From NCBI GenBank assembly GCA_001179505.1, contig CDMY01000340.1, positions 49,259-113,258 on the forward strand: a DNA stretch of 64,000 bases, given 5' to 3'. A program made the position numbers and the translations under genes. Numbering within the stretch: position 1 is the first letter of the stretch; each line of letters starts with the position of its first letter. The notes beneath the pieces are model-generated. The model had not been told where the DNA came from. It ran no database searches and was given only the letters and a program-made list of their open reading frames with translations. Below, one piece after another: positions 22,050 through 34,735 of this stretch. Source of the DNA: Vitrella brassicaformis CCMP3155 (Eukaryota; Protista; Chromerida).

Positions 22050-25000
22050 TGTGTGGTTGCTCACAATGGTGACGAGCATTCCCTGGCTGGGATTGATGGC
22101 CACCTTGTCCTTGTTAAGGGTGAGGTACGGCGTGAAGTACTTGACGTTCTCGCCTATGGCCGTCGGGGTGTAGGCACTCAGAATGTGCAGACACTTCAGA
22201 CACGCCAGACGCCGGGTCACTGCAACCACACACAACACACGCAACTCAACACCATACGATCGACACATACATGCCCCCTGCCGTCCACCCATCCACTGGC
22301 TGTCTCTCTGACTCACGCACCTGTCTCACGTGTGTCGTTTCTCGCGCCGTCCTGTGAGCTGAGGAATGAGTTGAGAATGCGCGAGGTCCACGGTGCGAGC
22401 ATGGCCGAGCGGTCGCGTCTGTTGGTGCGCTTGGATGTGGCCCGCTTGAAGAGTCTGTCGAGGAAGGACTCGGTGGCGCCGTCCATGGCCGTAGCTGCCT
22501 TCATGTTGATGTCCATGAAGATGATGCACGCCCGGTCGCTCGCACTGCCGGCCGAGCGGCCCTGGTCGAACCACAGCTGGTAGAAGATGTCCAGGATCTT
22601 GTCCTGCACGCTCTCCGTCTCGTCAGACGTCGTCACACTGCACAACGCAATCGCCACACACACAGCCATGCATGTTTGTGTCGCTCTCGTTAGTGACCGG
22701 TCGAGGAACTTGTTAGCGGCGAGGCTGCAGACTTTATCATGGGCAGGGTTGTTGAGGCAGAACTCCGACAGTATCTTGATGGCCTTGGCCCGCACCAGGG
22801 GCGACGGGTCGTCCACACGCGTGACCAGTGCTTCGGCGAGCCTCTGGACGGTCTTCATGATGGTGTCGCTCTGCTCTTGGCCGGCCCTCGCAGTGTCGCT
22901 GTTGCTGTTGCTGTTGCTGCCGTTGTCGTCATCTGCCGCCGCCGCCGCCGCCGCGGCTGCCGCTGCGTGTAGGCCGGGATCGTCCATGGCGTCCTCAGTG
23001 AGAGTGGTGGTGTCCTGCCGCATCGTTGACATCGAGGCGCTGCGCTCCGTGCCGCAATCAAACTGATCGGCGCATCGATGCATGGATGGAACCGACACAC
23101 GCACAGAGAGAGAGAGAGAGAGATGTGTGAAAAGTGTCAGTAATGACTGAGGTGGCTCTCCTTTCGTACGTGTATGTCGCCTTTGTGTCTGAAGACCACT
23201 TTCTCCAGCAGCTGGAGGGCCCGGTCGCGCACACGGGCAGCGCTGTCCTGACACACCAGACACAGACACACACACACAGACAGCCAGATCAACGTATAAG
23301 CGGTGCGGCGTGCTCCCTGGCGTGGCCAGGCCTGGCCCGCCTGAGATGCTGACTGACTGACCTCGATGCCGACTTCGACAGCGTTGACGATCCACTGCTC
23401 GTAGTAGGAGTCGGTGATGAGCGCAGGGTTGTCCGTCACGATGTCCAGCAACGCGCCGATAGCCGCACGCCTGATCAACAGATGGATCGATGGACGGATG
23501 ACCCACACACACACTCAGATAATCCAACGATATCTATCGGCTGGCCGTTGAGTGACCAACTTGAGTGTAGGCTGCGCCCTGTTGTCGAGGTGTTTGAGTA
23601 TTTCGTTGACGAGGTTCCTTGGGATGTTGCTGACGGCACGGGAGTAGATGTACTTCCAGTAGAGCCGGATGCCCTTGGGCATCGGCTGGTACCCCTCTGC
23701 CGACCGGCCGCCGCGCACCGCCGACGTCGCCCACTCGGTGAAGTACCATCGCTCCAGCACCGACCTCTCACTTGTGGCGCTGGCGCTCGTGGCGGTGGCA
23801 GAAGAAGACACCGCCTCACCGTCCTGACAGAACACCTTGTATGAGTCACATGGGATGGTTTGTGTGCTGTGCCCTCTTTCTCTCTCTCTCTTTCTCACCT
23901 TTGGCTGCTGCTGCTGGTTTGTGTTGTTGCCGTCTTGTCCTCCGTCTTCTGATGCGGGGTTGGTGTGGTGGGACTCACGGCGGCTGCGGGCGCCAGTCTG
24001 AGTGTATATATGTGTGTGTGTGCCCATGGCATCCATCCATCGTTTCCTGTGTCAGTCAGTTAGTCAGTCAGTCAGGTGTGTACCGACCGACCTGTTTGTT
24101 CTGTTTGGGTTGGTCTTCGTCCATGCAGAAGCACACCAGCGCACACCGCACGTAGTAGGGATGCTCATTCGTCAACATCTGATGGATTCAACCCATACAC
24201 ACACAGACACACAGACAGACACACAGATAAACAGGACATACACACAATTGATACCCCTCCTGTCTGTCCGTGTTCATGACGCACGTAGGCAGGTGTGGAG
24301 TCGTCAGAGGTGGGGTTGGGCGACTGGCCCGCACTCGGCCGGCCCTTCTTCTTGCTTTTCTTGTTTTCGCCACCGCCGCCGGCACCGGCAGCAGCAGCTG
24401 CTGCTGCCGCAGGTGCGTCTGTCTGTGGCTGTTGCGGTGTCTGGTTGAGCGGGAGGGGCCGCTGGAAGGCCGACAGGTCCTGCGGCTGCTCACGCGGCTT
24501 CTGGTTGTCGACGAACTCGAGCAGGAACAGACGCAGGGCGAGGTCGGCACTGATGAAGCCCGTGTCGGCCTGCACGGCCGACTGGCCCCATGGCTGATGC
24601 AACTGGCTGCTCCTGATGGAATAGACAGACGGACGACAAGAGGCAGGTGCAGCAGGGGGCGAGGGAGGGATGCGACGAGGTGTTAGTGTTAGTGTGTGTG
24701 TGTGTGTGTGTCTTCGGTGGTGCGTTTGTGTGTACTTGAACATGGCCGTTGCCTGTCTGCGGAGAAAAGAGGGGTCACAATCAGTGTCAATGCCAGCATG
24801 TGGTGGCAGCTTGGGGAGATCCAGGGGGTTGGCCAGCATCACGCCGCCAGACAGAATCTTCGTCAAACGACCTACAGCCTGCACACAAGCCAATGCAGCG
24901 CGCACCGCACCACCCCTGTTGTGTGTGTGTGTGCCTACGCACCTACCTTGCCCTTGAGATGTACACAGAATTCTCTGACGACGGCTCGTTTGCCGTCTTC

Positions 25001-28000
25001 ATGGCCTCTGTGGTCGTTCTGCTGCACGACCTCCCTCTCGTGCTGGAACAGCATGGCGCAGAACCACTTCACAAAGGCGGGAGCCGACGGCCACATCGGA
25101 CTCAGACACGCCTACACCCATCCCATCCGGCCATGGACAGACACCACCACACACCACGGCAGTATGATTGAAGGGCGGTTGGGTGCTTGTGGTGTGCTGA
25201 CTGACTGACGTACGTCGCAAAAGTCGAGCAGGAGGTTCTCTGCGATGCTGCGGTGCTCACCGCTGTCACAGCGCAACACACACCTGGGACCATTTATCCA
25301 TCCAGACACACCCACACAGGGACAACACACGCCCCCACACCCCTGCAGTATCTGTGTCTGCTGGCCTTCACATCAGTGACACCTACGTGTGGTAGATATG
25401 CGATGCCAGCTCGTTGGCGGCGGCGCGCATGTCCCTGGCCTTGTCCAGGAGGAGGTCCTTGCGCCTCTTGGCCTCGGCGTGGAACTGCTCGGACCGATCT
25501 GCTTGACCACACACGGAATGCGCCAACCTGTACCCCACCCACAAAGGGAGAGCCACAGCGAGCGTACCGTACAGCCAGCACATGGGTGGTGCCTCCCTCC
25601 CTCCCTCCCTCCCTGTGTGTCTGATAGATATCACTGACTGACTGACCTCATCATGACTTTGGCGTGTCGGCTGAGGTCACGGTCGGGGTCGCACTGGCCA
25701 CGCCGTCTGCAGGCAACAGATCACATGTGTACACATGACTGACAGGGATGGGGGGATGTGTATTGATTGGCCGGGAGTGACTGAGTGAGTGAGCACCTTG
25801 ATCCGCCGAGTTTGCCGGTCATGGGCACGTCAGCTATCTTGGCAGCCGCATCCTGATCGACACCACCCACCCACACGCGAACACACCACACACCAACAGT
25901 GAGACATGGCTGGGTGGAGCCCCCACCCGAAACAGTGAGTGCCGCAGGTCGCGGAAACGACAGCAGATCTGCTCACTCGGTCGAAGGACAAAAAAAGGAA
26001 ACAGAGAAGACACGCTCTCTCATCGGGCGGTGCCGCCGTGTTGATTGGGCTTCGCTTCTGTCTTACGGTGACGATTATGTCAATAGCGTAGGGCGCGACG
26101 GCCTCCTTGGCCTCAGACATGAAGGCCAGATCGAGACACGCCGTGATCAGCTGCACACACAAAGACACACACGCATCCAATCCACCGATACATCGACAAG
26201 TGGTGGGCAAGGGCAGGCAGGCCGACCTACCTGGTGTTTGATGACGTCATTGGGAGGGGCCACACACAGCCGCTCGTGCAGGCGCTTTCACACATAAATG
26301 ACCACACGCAGACAGACAAACACTTGAATGGTCAGTCAACAAGCTCGCCGTCCGGCGGCTGTCTATCTGTGTCGTCATTTTTGTCATCATCGCTCACAGA
26401 CCGACCGACCTTGAGGACGTGTATGAGCCGCTCCACCAGCACGTTGACACTCGCTTGCGACAGGCTGACGACAGACGCACACCACACCATGCAATCAATG
26501 CACTAACTCTCAAGGGACGCACTGCCACACACGCCATTCGTCCATCGTGCAGCTCAGCTGGCTTGCCGACATTTTGTTCAGGTTGACTTGGACGGGCTTG
26601 CCAAACTTGTCTGCAGGCAGGCAGGGGACCGTACACACGTGTGTGTGTGTGTGTGTGTGTTGATCGGTTGGCCCTCACTGACTGACTGACTCACCGACGG
26701 TGTCGACGGCGGAGGGGATGGTGGTGCGCGAGTGGACCTTGAGCAGCTGAACCGCAGACGCCTCGAGCTGAGCAACCGACCGACCGACCAACGGACACAC
26801 ACAGACAGGCAGGCAGTTTCCATTCTCTGCTGAGGTTCTATTGGTTACATCTTCTTTGGCGACGGAGCTTGTGAGGCCTGGGATGAGGGTGCCCTCCAGA
26901 TAGCACCGGAGGTACGCAAGCGACGCATTCAAACACCTACACACACACAGCACAACAGGACAGGAGCACACCACACCACACCATCGACAATGTGTGTATC
27001 CCGCTGACAATAGATAGAGCGTACACACCTGATGTCATTGTCTGCGGCAGCGAGGAAGTCCTTGCTCTTCCATGCGGCCGTCCCGTCCTTTGTGGCCACA
27101 CTCTTGCGCACCGCATCCTACACACACAGATGGACACACACAGATGGACACTCAGACACACCACGACTGGTGTGTGCGCCATGCACACAGACCGTGAGAT
27201 TGACGGCTGGTTTGAGCGTCGCCGCGGTCTTCAGGATACCGCCGAAGTCCTTCACCAACTCAGACAACTTCGCCCACCCACCCACACACACACATGCACA
27301 CGCATCTGTCCATGCGTGGACGTGGGCGTGGTTGTGGTTGCTATCTACCTGGTTTGCGAGCGTCTGTGTGACTCGGTTATCGTGCATCATTGCACGGTAC
27401 CTCCGCACCTTACTCGCCAGCCTGCCAACAACACAGACACCGCGCACACACACACACGATAGATGGGAACCTCTCCATCTGTTGTCTGTCTGTCTGTCTG
27501 TCTGTGTCACTCGAAGACGGTCGTGTCGAGTGCGATGTAGCCCTGCGGCCCCGGGCTGGTACTCCTGTGTGAGTGACAACAACACGCAGGACACATCGAT
27601 GGTGTGTGCGAGAGAGGTGGCGATCCACTCATATGTGCCTTTCATGCCCTCACTCACAGCTTCTGTTTCAGCAGGGCGGCAAACTGCTTCACCTCCTCCA
27701 ATATGTCGATATCTGACACACACCCGTCACGTCCATCACACCCACACACCACACACCACCCACCAGCACACATCCATCTATCCATCCATAGATAGCGCCC
27801 CTCCCCACCGCTCACTGACTGACCGCTGTTCGGTGCCATGTCCAGGTCCTCCGTCCGCATCACCACCATCATACAGTCCTCCTCGCCATCCTCATCCTCC
27901 TCTCCCACACCAACAAGCGGCTGGGCTGTGGATGCGGGCGCACCAGCACCACCACCACCAGGAGCAGCAACAGAAGCAGCGGGTGCCACCGCATGTGAGT

Positions 28001-28481
28001 GTGCATGTGCCGCTCTGGCGTCGGGAGAGCGTGGCGCCGAGGCGAGGTGGGTGTTCTCGGTGTGTGGGAGGGAGGGGTGGGGAATGGGGTGTGGCTGGGG
28101 GAGTGGCACCGACACCATGTCGATGAACGACCGGAGGTCCTGGCGGGAGACGATCGGGTCAACCTGCTCACTGTTGAGAGCGTAGCGCAATTAACCACAC
28201 ACACACAACACACGCACAGCACAGCACAGCACATGTGGGGAAGCAGTGGATGGATGGATGGATGGTTGGCCAGCACCCACTCCTTATATGTACCTTGGGT
28301 AGCCCTTGTTGACGAGCTGTTCCCTCATCTCCTGCCACTCCTCCGCCGTCCAGCTGAAGTTCATTCTGTTGGCCGTCGGCGCGGGGTTTGGGTCGTGCAG
28401 CAGCGGGTCGTTGTGCGGACCGCTCCTGCCGCCGCCCAGGATAGATCCGGTCGTCAACAGCTCGAACCGACGGCTGCTCAT
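18377..28481 (-). CDS. NIPBL: Cohesin loader subunit Nipped-B-like / Scc2; HEAT-repeat protein, many exons
   Basis: Exon blocks resemble remembered NIPBL/Scc2 HEAT segments in the expected order: RRAAIGALLDIVTDNPALI, DSAARVRDRALQLLEKVV, DDPSPLVRAKAIKILSEFC, DETESVQDKILDIFYQLWF, RRLACLKCLHILSAYTP, LKVVQQLQRQGLINPHEIVAPMFCL (Nipped-B_C region). Acidic/RGG tail ends at TGA 18377-18379; start ATG 28481 (MSSRRFELL). Not every internal exon boundary was checked. Confidence 0.85.
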
Positions 28482-28707
28482 CCTCCGATGTATCACATCA
28501 GCACACCGCCATCGTCAACTCTTGATGAGCAAGGCCGCTAACACGCAACACAGCAAGCAACACAGGCTGTTGGAGACGGCCAAAGAAGACGCTCGAAACG
28601 ATGCAGACGAACGGGCAGTGTACCACTGAGGCTGTTGGTGCGGCCCTCACTGCGACGTTCGATTCCCTCAGCTCCAGCTCGCAGGGGAAGGGGGGCTAGG
28701 GTGCTCC
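28482..28707. promoter_or_regulatory. Putative bidirectional promoter between NIPBL (-) and the small TM gene (+)
   Basis: About 226 bp between divergent ATGs, no microsatellites. Confidence 0.4.
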
Positions 28708-29135
28708 ATGAAACTGGTGCTGCGGGGCGGGAGGAAAGCAGGCTCTCTCATCTCCATGGGAATCCTCCGGCGGCCGTTGAAGTGCATCTGCTATGTTGCA
28801 ATTCTGCTGACGCTGGCGGCCCTGCTGCTCTACGCCGCAAGCCACATCTCCTGCGTCAGGTAGGCCCAACCGCACCGCAGGCCACACCACGGCTGGCACA
28901 ACAAAACTAGATTCCGGCCACCTCTCCCTCTCTCCCTCCGTATATATTCTGCCGTTTGTTGCTTTCCCTCGGGCTGGTTGTCTTGTGTTGACACGTTTTG
29001 TTCAGTGCGGGTATGGAGAAGGTGAAGGCCCTGATAGAGCAGTACACGGGGCAGCGGTCAGATGACACACTCAACGGCGAGGGGGCCGCACAGGGGGGCG
29101 GAGGAGGAGGCGGCCTCACTAGGAGGCGCTTGTAG
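28708..29135 (+). CDS. Small single-pass membrane protein (93 aa, or 77 aa from ATG 28756); exons 28708-28859 and 29006-29135; not in the ORF track
   Basis: MKLVLRGGRKAGSLISMGILRRPLKCICYVAILLTLAALLLYAASHISCV|SAGMEKVKALIEQYTGQRSDDTLNGEGAAQGGGGGGGLTRRRL*. Donor AG|GTAGG and acceptor TTTTGTTCAG| join in phase 2; a basic stretch precedes an about 20-aa hydrophobic segment. Confidence 0.65.
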
Positions 29136-31236
29136 CCCGGACTCACACACAGGTATGTAGGGAGTTTGGCAAAGCGGGCGGGGGATGACAGACAGGCGAT
29201 AGATAGACGGTTTGCCACACTGTAGTGTGTGTTGTGTGATTGGCATGGCTGTGTCGGTCGGTCAGGGCTGCTGGGCTGGAGGGAGGGAGGGGGGCGTGTG
29301 TGACGGACGGACGACTGACGTGAGTGAGTGGTAGATAGCGGGTGGCGCTGGCTGGCTGTTGATAGCGGATACTGACTATACTGATCGGTGCCTGGCCTGT
29401 AATATTGGTGTGTACTTGTGGGGTGGAGACCGCAAGCAAAGAGATCGATCGCAACATACACATACATACACACACATACACAGATACATACGCGACTGAC
29501 TGGACTCAACCTAACTTACCCCACTAGCTAGCTACTCTGTGCCGTACGTAAGCCAGCCTGTTTTTCTGTGCCAGGCTGCCTTTTATCAATGACGCATATA
29601 TATACCCAATCCGGTCCGGGCACTCCCCCCTTGCTTCGATGGATGTGTGTCGTGTATGTGTGTGTGTGACTAGCTAGCTACATAGGCAAGTTTGTGGCCC
29701 TGCGTACGTACGTCGGACGGTACGTACGGTAGGTACTCTGTGTGTGTGTCGTGTGTCCGTGTGTCGAGAGCCTTGCTGGTCCAAGCTCTAGAGAGGACTT
29801 GCGCTGCCTGCAGCCGCAGTCTCTTGTAGTTGGGGTGGTAAGAGTCTCCACACAGACAGCAGTAGGTGCGTATGTAGGACGCTCACTGTCGGGGATGTCG
29901 ATACAAACATGTGTGTATGTGTCGGTCAGTGGGGCCGTGTAGGGCGGGGCGGGGCGGCTGCCTGACTGCGTGGCCTGGGTGGGTGGGTGGCTGCCGTGTG
30001 AAGTCTCTTGTGAGTGAGGGATTGATGAGAAAGGAGACCGAGGGATTGGGTGGCTCCCTTGCCTTGTTGATACTCACTGGATAATTTTGCCTCAGGTCTG
30101 TCATCCATCCATCCATATCAACAGAGCAGGGCTCCCTGCCTGGCTGCCTGCCTGGCTGAGTCTTTCTCAGTGTGTATCTATGTGTATGTGTATGTGGGTT
30201 CACGTCCGTTATATATTTAACCTACCCTAGCTACTTGTGTTCTCCACCATGGTACCACATGACTGACATGCGTGTGTGTGCATGTGCATGTGTGTGTGTG
30301 TGTCGTGTATCTGGCGGCATGAATGACAGATTGCAATTCTTGTTGTGTGGTGGATTGGATATAGATAGGGGCTGCCCCGCCCCTGCTGTGTTGTAATGCT
30401 TATAATGAGTGCTGTGCAGTCTGTGCAGTGAATGGACGGACGGCCTTGTGCTGGCTGTGCCGGTGTTATCTCCCGTATATATAAGGCAGGGCGGATGCTG
30501 GTGTGTGGATGTCAGTCACCTCACCGGACGCAATCTAGTCTACTTTTATGTGTTCATGTGGATGGAATGAATCAATCTCGCTGAAAATCGTAATGGACAG
30601 TGAACTGTGGTAGTACAAACAAATGCACTCGCGCCACGGAAGGACACCACAAGGCAAATAATAGGTCCACCCTCACACCACACACAGACACAGACACACA
30701 CACTTGTCCGTGCAGCCAGGGAGGGGGGAGGCAGGCAGCATACAGATGCATCCACTTGACACAGTCAGGCATATCAATCCACCCACCTAACCTCCCTCCC
30801 ACACCGCCCACCCACCTCAACCGCCCATACATATGTATCCACACACAGGACCCACTCACTCATCCACCGGCCTGCCGGGGGCAGCTGTACACAAACACAC
30901 ACACGCCCCGCCAACAGTGCGCTGCGCACCAGAGAGCGAGACGAGACCAACAAAAGCAGACAGACAAAAGTGTAAGGAAGTGACATCTGTCTGGAGGAAT
31001 GGATGGATGTGGCTAGGCAGTGAGTGGGCGAGAAATGCGCAAAAGCAACCGATGTCTGTATGTCTGTCTGTCTTGTCTACGGATGGACAACGGCACGGCA
31101 GCTCTCACTCATCCACCCACCCACCCATCCCCACCCACCCAGGATGGATGCTCCAAAACAGCGCCACGCCAGACGCTCCCCTCGCTCTACTAACCCTCCC
31201 TCCGTCCCTGGATGGTGTGTATGCGTGTATGAATGT

Positions 31237-32952
31237 TTATCCTATTTTGAGTGCTGGCCTCTCCTTGCTGAGCTCTCTCGTGAGCCTCCTCTTCTCGGCT
31301 CTCTCGCCCTGTGTGGCCATCTGGCTGGTCTTGCGCTCCACCGACATGACAGACGCACCGGGGCTCACCTCGATCTCCTGCACAGCCTGCGGCAACGACG
31401 GACGACGCTTCGAACCCTACACACACACACACACACAAAGGTTGGTATACATACACTTGGCGGTCTCTCTCTGTTGCGCTAGCGCTCTCTGTCTGTCTGT
31501 CTGTCTGTCTGTCTGTGGATGGGGTGTGTGTGTCTGCGGGTGTCTTGCTTACGATGCCGAACCAGCCGCCCCCGGTCTTCTCATAGAAGCTAGCCTTGAC
31601 GAAGTTGAGGAACTTGAGCGAGGCCATCCATCCGCAGTTGTTGACGAGCCAGAGGGGCACGGACCCCTTGAGGTCGATCTGCATCAGCGCGTCCGCCTCG
31701 GTGCTGCTCTTGTCACCGCCCATCGGACGGATGCGCAGAAACAGGCACTGGCAGTGCGCCTGCAGGTGGTTCGCAGGCACCTCCAGCAAATGATTGTACT
31801 GAATGAACCAACCAACGCACAGACAGGGGGCCAAGGGAGAGAGGGGGGAATTGAATGGGTGTGGTGTGGTGTGGTGTGGGGTGGGGTGGTGTGGGTGTTT
31901 GTCGGGGGCTGGCTGACCTTTTCGGTGCCGTCGGATGTCCAGAGCATCTGGTACTCGTCGCCATTCTTCTTGACGTCGATCATGAACAGCAACAGATCCC
32001 TGCACACACACAGTACAGACACACACACACACCATAGACAGGAGATGAAACACACGACCAGACCACGGCCGGGGTGGGGTGTGCGGTGCGCATCCCACCA
32101 CACACCGACGTACCTTGGTGCGACCCATCTGGAGACGAATCTGCATTTGAGCAGTGGGTATCCGTCGTAGTGTGCGATGTACTCGAGCAGCTGGCAGTTG
32201 AGGAACCAATCGGGCCAGCGCAACGCCGCCATCCGCTGGTGCGCTGCCCACGTCGGCACGTCCTTCAACGCCGAAGTCACCTGCAGTCAGTGCACCGCAC
32301 ACAGACGGACAGATAGATAGACAGACACGCACAGTAGACGGACGGAAGGAAGCGAAACGGTGCGCGTCGGGTGGTGAGTGTGGCTACCTGTGGTGTGTCA
32401 TGTGAACCTCCTTACCTTGAACATGGGCATGACGCCGGCCTCGTCCTGTATCTTCCTGTAGACGAAGAGTGGGTCCTTGGGCTTGACCTTGACGGCCTGC
32501 CACACCCCCGGCGTCTCCACCATCTTGATCGCCGCCGCCACTTTCTCCGCACCCCAGTCCTTGGTGGTCACGTCGGGCGACGACACCGACTGCCGACGGT
32601 CGCCAGTATACACGCCGCTCGGGACGCTGTTGTTGGGCGCCGCTGGCGCCTCCTGGCTCGTCCCGGCGGGAATGGCAGCAGGCGACGCCTGCAGATGGGA
32701 TGCCACCGCACTGACGGGCCGCCGCGAGGCGGGCGACTCCCCCTGCAGGGCGTCTGGTGGTGGGTTTGTGTCGAGAGCATTGCGGATGTCCTCGATGGCG
32801 CCGCCGACTATCTCTTCTAGGTCCACCACGTTGAGATACACCGGTCCTTGAGGCGACTGGATGGAGAAGAGGGAGGAGTGGGTCGGGGAGGAGTTGGTGG
32901 AGGCCTCGGCGATGGTGATGGCAGGCACGTCTTTGGGCTGGTCGTCACCCAT
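31237..32952 (-). CDS. START-domain lipid-transfer protein, 5 exons, with disordered N- and C-termini
   Basis: Exons give WQAVKVKPKDPLFVYRK, WAAHQRMAALRWPDWFLNCQLLE, FVSRWVAPR|DLLLF and ALMQIDLKGSVPLWLVNN, typical START features (W...PRD..., D.KG..P.WLVN). Stop TAA at 31237-31239. Confidence 0.8.
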
Positions 32953-33203
32953 CTTGCTTGAAATACTAGAAAAGATGACGCTCCTCCTCTTACCTCTGAT
33001 CCGCTCTGTAAACGTTGGAGATCAGGGCTGGTGTGGCATAAAGGCATTGAGCAGACAGAGTCAGCGTGACAGACGCTTTCCACTCGACGCAAAAAGCACA
33101 CAAGTCGCGCCGCATCAATCATTGTGTGCAGGGCAGGCAAAGGGGGCGTAGACAGGCATGGCCTGCAGTGAGTGTATGGCTGCCATCGAGGGACCAAGAG
33201 AGT

Positions 33204-34355
33204 CTACTTGGATGCCTTCCTGCTCTTCTTGCGCCTCCTGGCCTCTCTGCTGGACTCTGAGCTGTCGCTCTCCGATTCGCTGCTGCTGTCTGAGCTGCTG
33301 CTGCTGCTGCTGCTGTCACTCGACGATGACTCGGACTCGCTCTCGGAACTGCTGCTCTCATCCTTGCGGCGCTCTGGCAGATACAAAGAAATGTCTTAAG
33401 AGATGACGTGTGTGTGTGCAGCATGACTGCATCTCTCTCGTGCCGTGCCGTGCCGTGCCGTGCCGTCTGACGTGGTGGGGTGCCAGTCAGTCAGTCAGTC
33501 AGTCTTTCTCACTCTTTGATTTGTGTTTGCTCTTCTCGTTGCTCCTGTCCTTGCGCCGCTTCCTGCTCTTGCTCACGCCTCCCTTGCCACCTACAGACCA
33601 CCCCACACAAGAAGCAGACAGACAATAGAGAGCGGATGAATCAAACAAACAGCCGGCTGGTTGGCTGGATGGCTGGCTGGCTGGCGCATGCGTCCCCCAT
33701 CTCCCTCCCTCCCTGTGTGCTGGCTGGCTTGGGGGTCAGGGGAGCCTCTCACCTCTGCCCTTCTTGTCCGTCTCCTCATCCTTCTTAATCTCCCGCCACT
33801 CGTCCCCATCTGTGATCCTGAGCCAACAAACAGCACACACACAGGCACACACAAGAGCGAATGAGAAATGCATGCCATGCCGGGCACATGTATCTATCAC
33901 ATGGTCCATCGGCTGGCTGGCTGGCTCACTTGGGAACATCGGGGATATCGTCCGCATCGCAAAACTTCGGACGAAGCCGCGGATTCCTGCACGGCACGCA
34001 CACAACAAACACGCAACCAACAGCGGGAAGAGTGGGCAGTGTGGTGTGGTATGCCTGGTAGCTGTATGTAGCTGGGTATGGTATGCCGCCTCACTCACCG
34101 TAGGATGTCAGAGCGTGATGGTCTCGTCAGATAGACGCCCTTGGACTGACACTGGTACGTCCAATGCCCGAACCGCATACACTTCTGACATTGCTGTGTA
34201 GCCTGTCCCATACATGGCGGGCGATACACAGATACATGGCACACAGGGAGAGGAGACCATTCATTCCACAGCCAACGGGCGTCCTCCTCCGTTCTTTGCC
34301 GCTCACTCACCGCAGCAACTGGCTTCCCCAGCCAGCCAATCTGAGTTGTCGCCAT
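33204..34355 (-). CDS. ZCCHC10: ZCCHC10-like zinc-knuckle protein with Lys/Arg- and Ser-rich tail; 6 exons
   Basis: CQKCMRFGHWTYQC (CCHC knuckle) followed by YLTRPSRSDILRNPRLRP; tail SSSSESESESSSSDSS...RRRKKSRKASK*. Exon phases checked. Confidence 0.85.
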
Positions 34356-34666
34356 CTTGAGCTAGCTCCTCCAACTACACTACGGCAACTACGCCTCAAA
34401 CCAACGAACGAACGCGTCGAAAGGACGCGAGCTTGGATCGCCAAAGTGCAAGCTGGGAAAGATTTGGATGCGGGGAAGCTAAACCATCTCAAAACACACG
34501 ATTGCAAGAAGCTGTCCAAGAGCTGCTTTCGACAAGAAGAATTCGCGACCTTCGCTTGTCGCACTTTTTGTCTTGGCGAAGCGAAGGTGGTTGCAGTTGT
34601 GATGGCTGTGGGCAACACACTTGCCGTCAGCGGTCCAGTGCGTGGCGCAGACGCCACGTCATTGCT
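34356..34666. promoter_or_regulatory. Putative bidirectional promoter between ZCCHC10-like (-) and the receptor RING gene (+)
   Basis: 311 bp between divergent ATGs, lower GC, no microsatellites. Confidence 0.45.
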
Positions 34667-34735
34667 ATGAAGGTCCGGTCGGCAGTGACTGACGTCCTGC
34701 TTGCCTTGCTCTTCTTGCTTTACTCGTGTGGGGCG
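34667..34735 (+). other. Signal peptide of the receptor RING protein
   Basis: [23 protein letters not shown]: basic N-region, Leu-rich core, small residues at the predicted cleavage site. Confidence 0.75.

Noticed and set aside
30476-30485. TATA-like tatatataag
   Set aside because: Lies between two convergent 3' ends with no downstream CDS; cannot be tied to a transcript.
30833-32170. 445-aa plus-strand ORF
   Set aside because: Antisense to the START gene and runs through microsatellite introns; no coherent domain.
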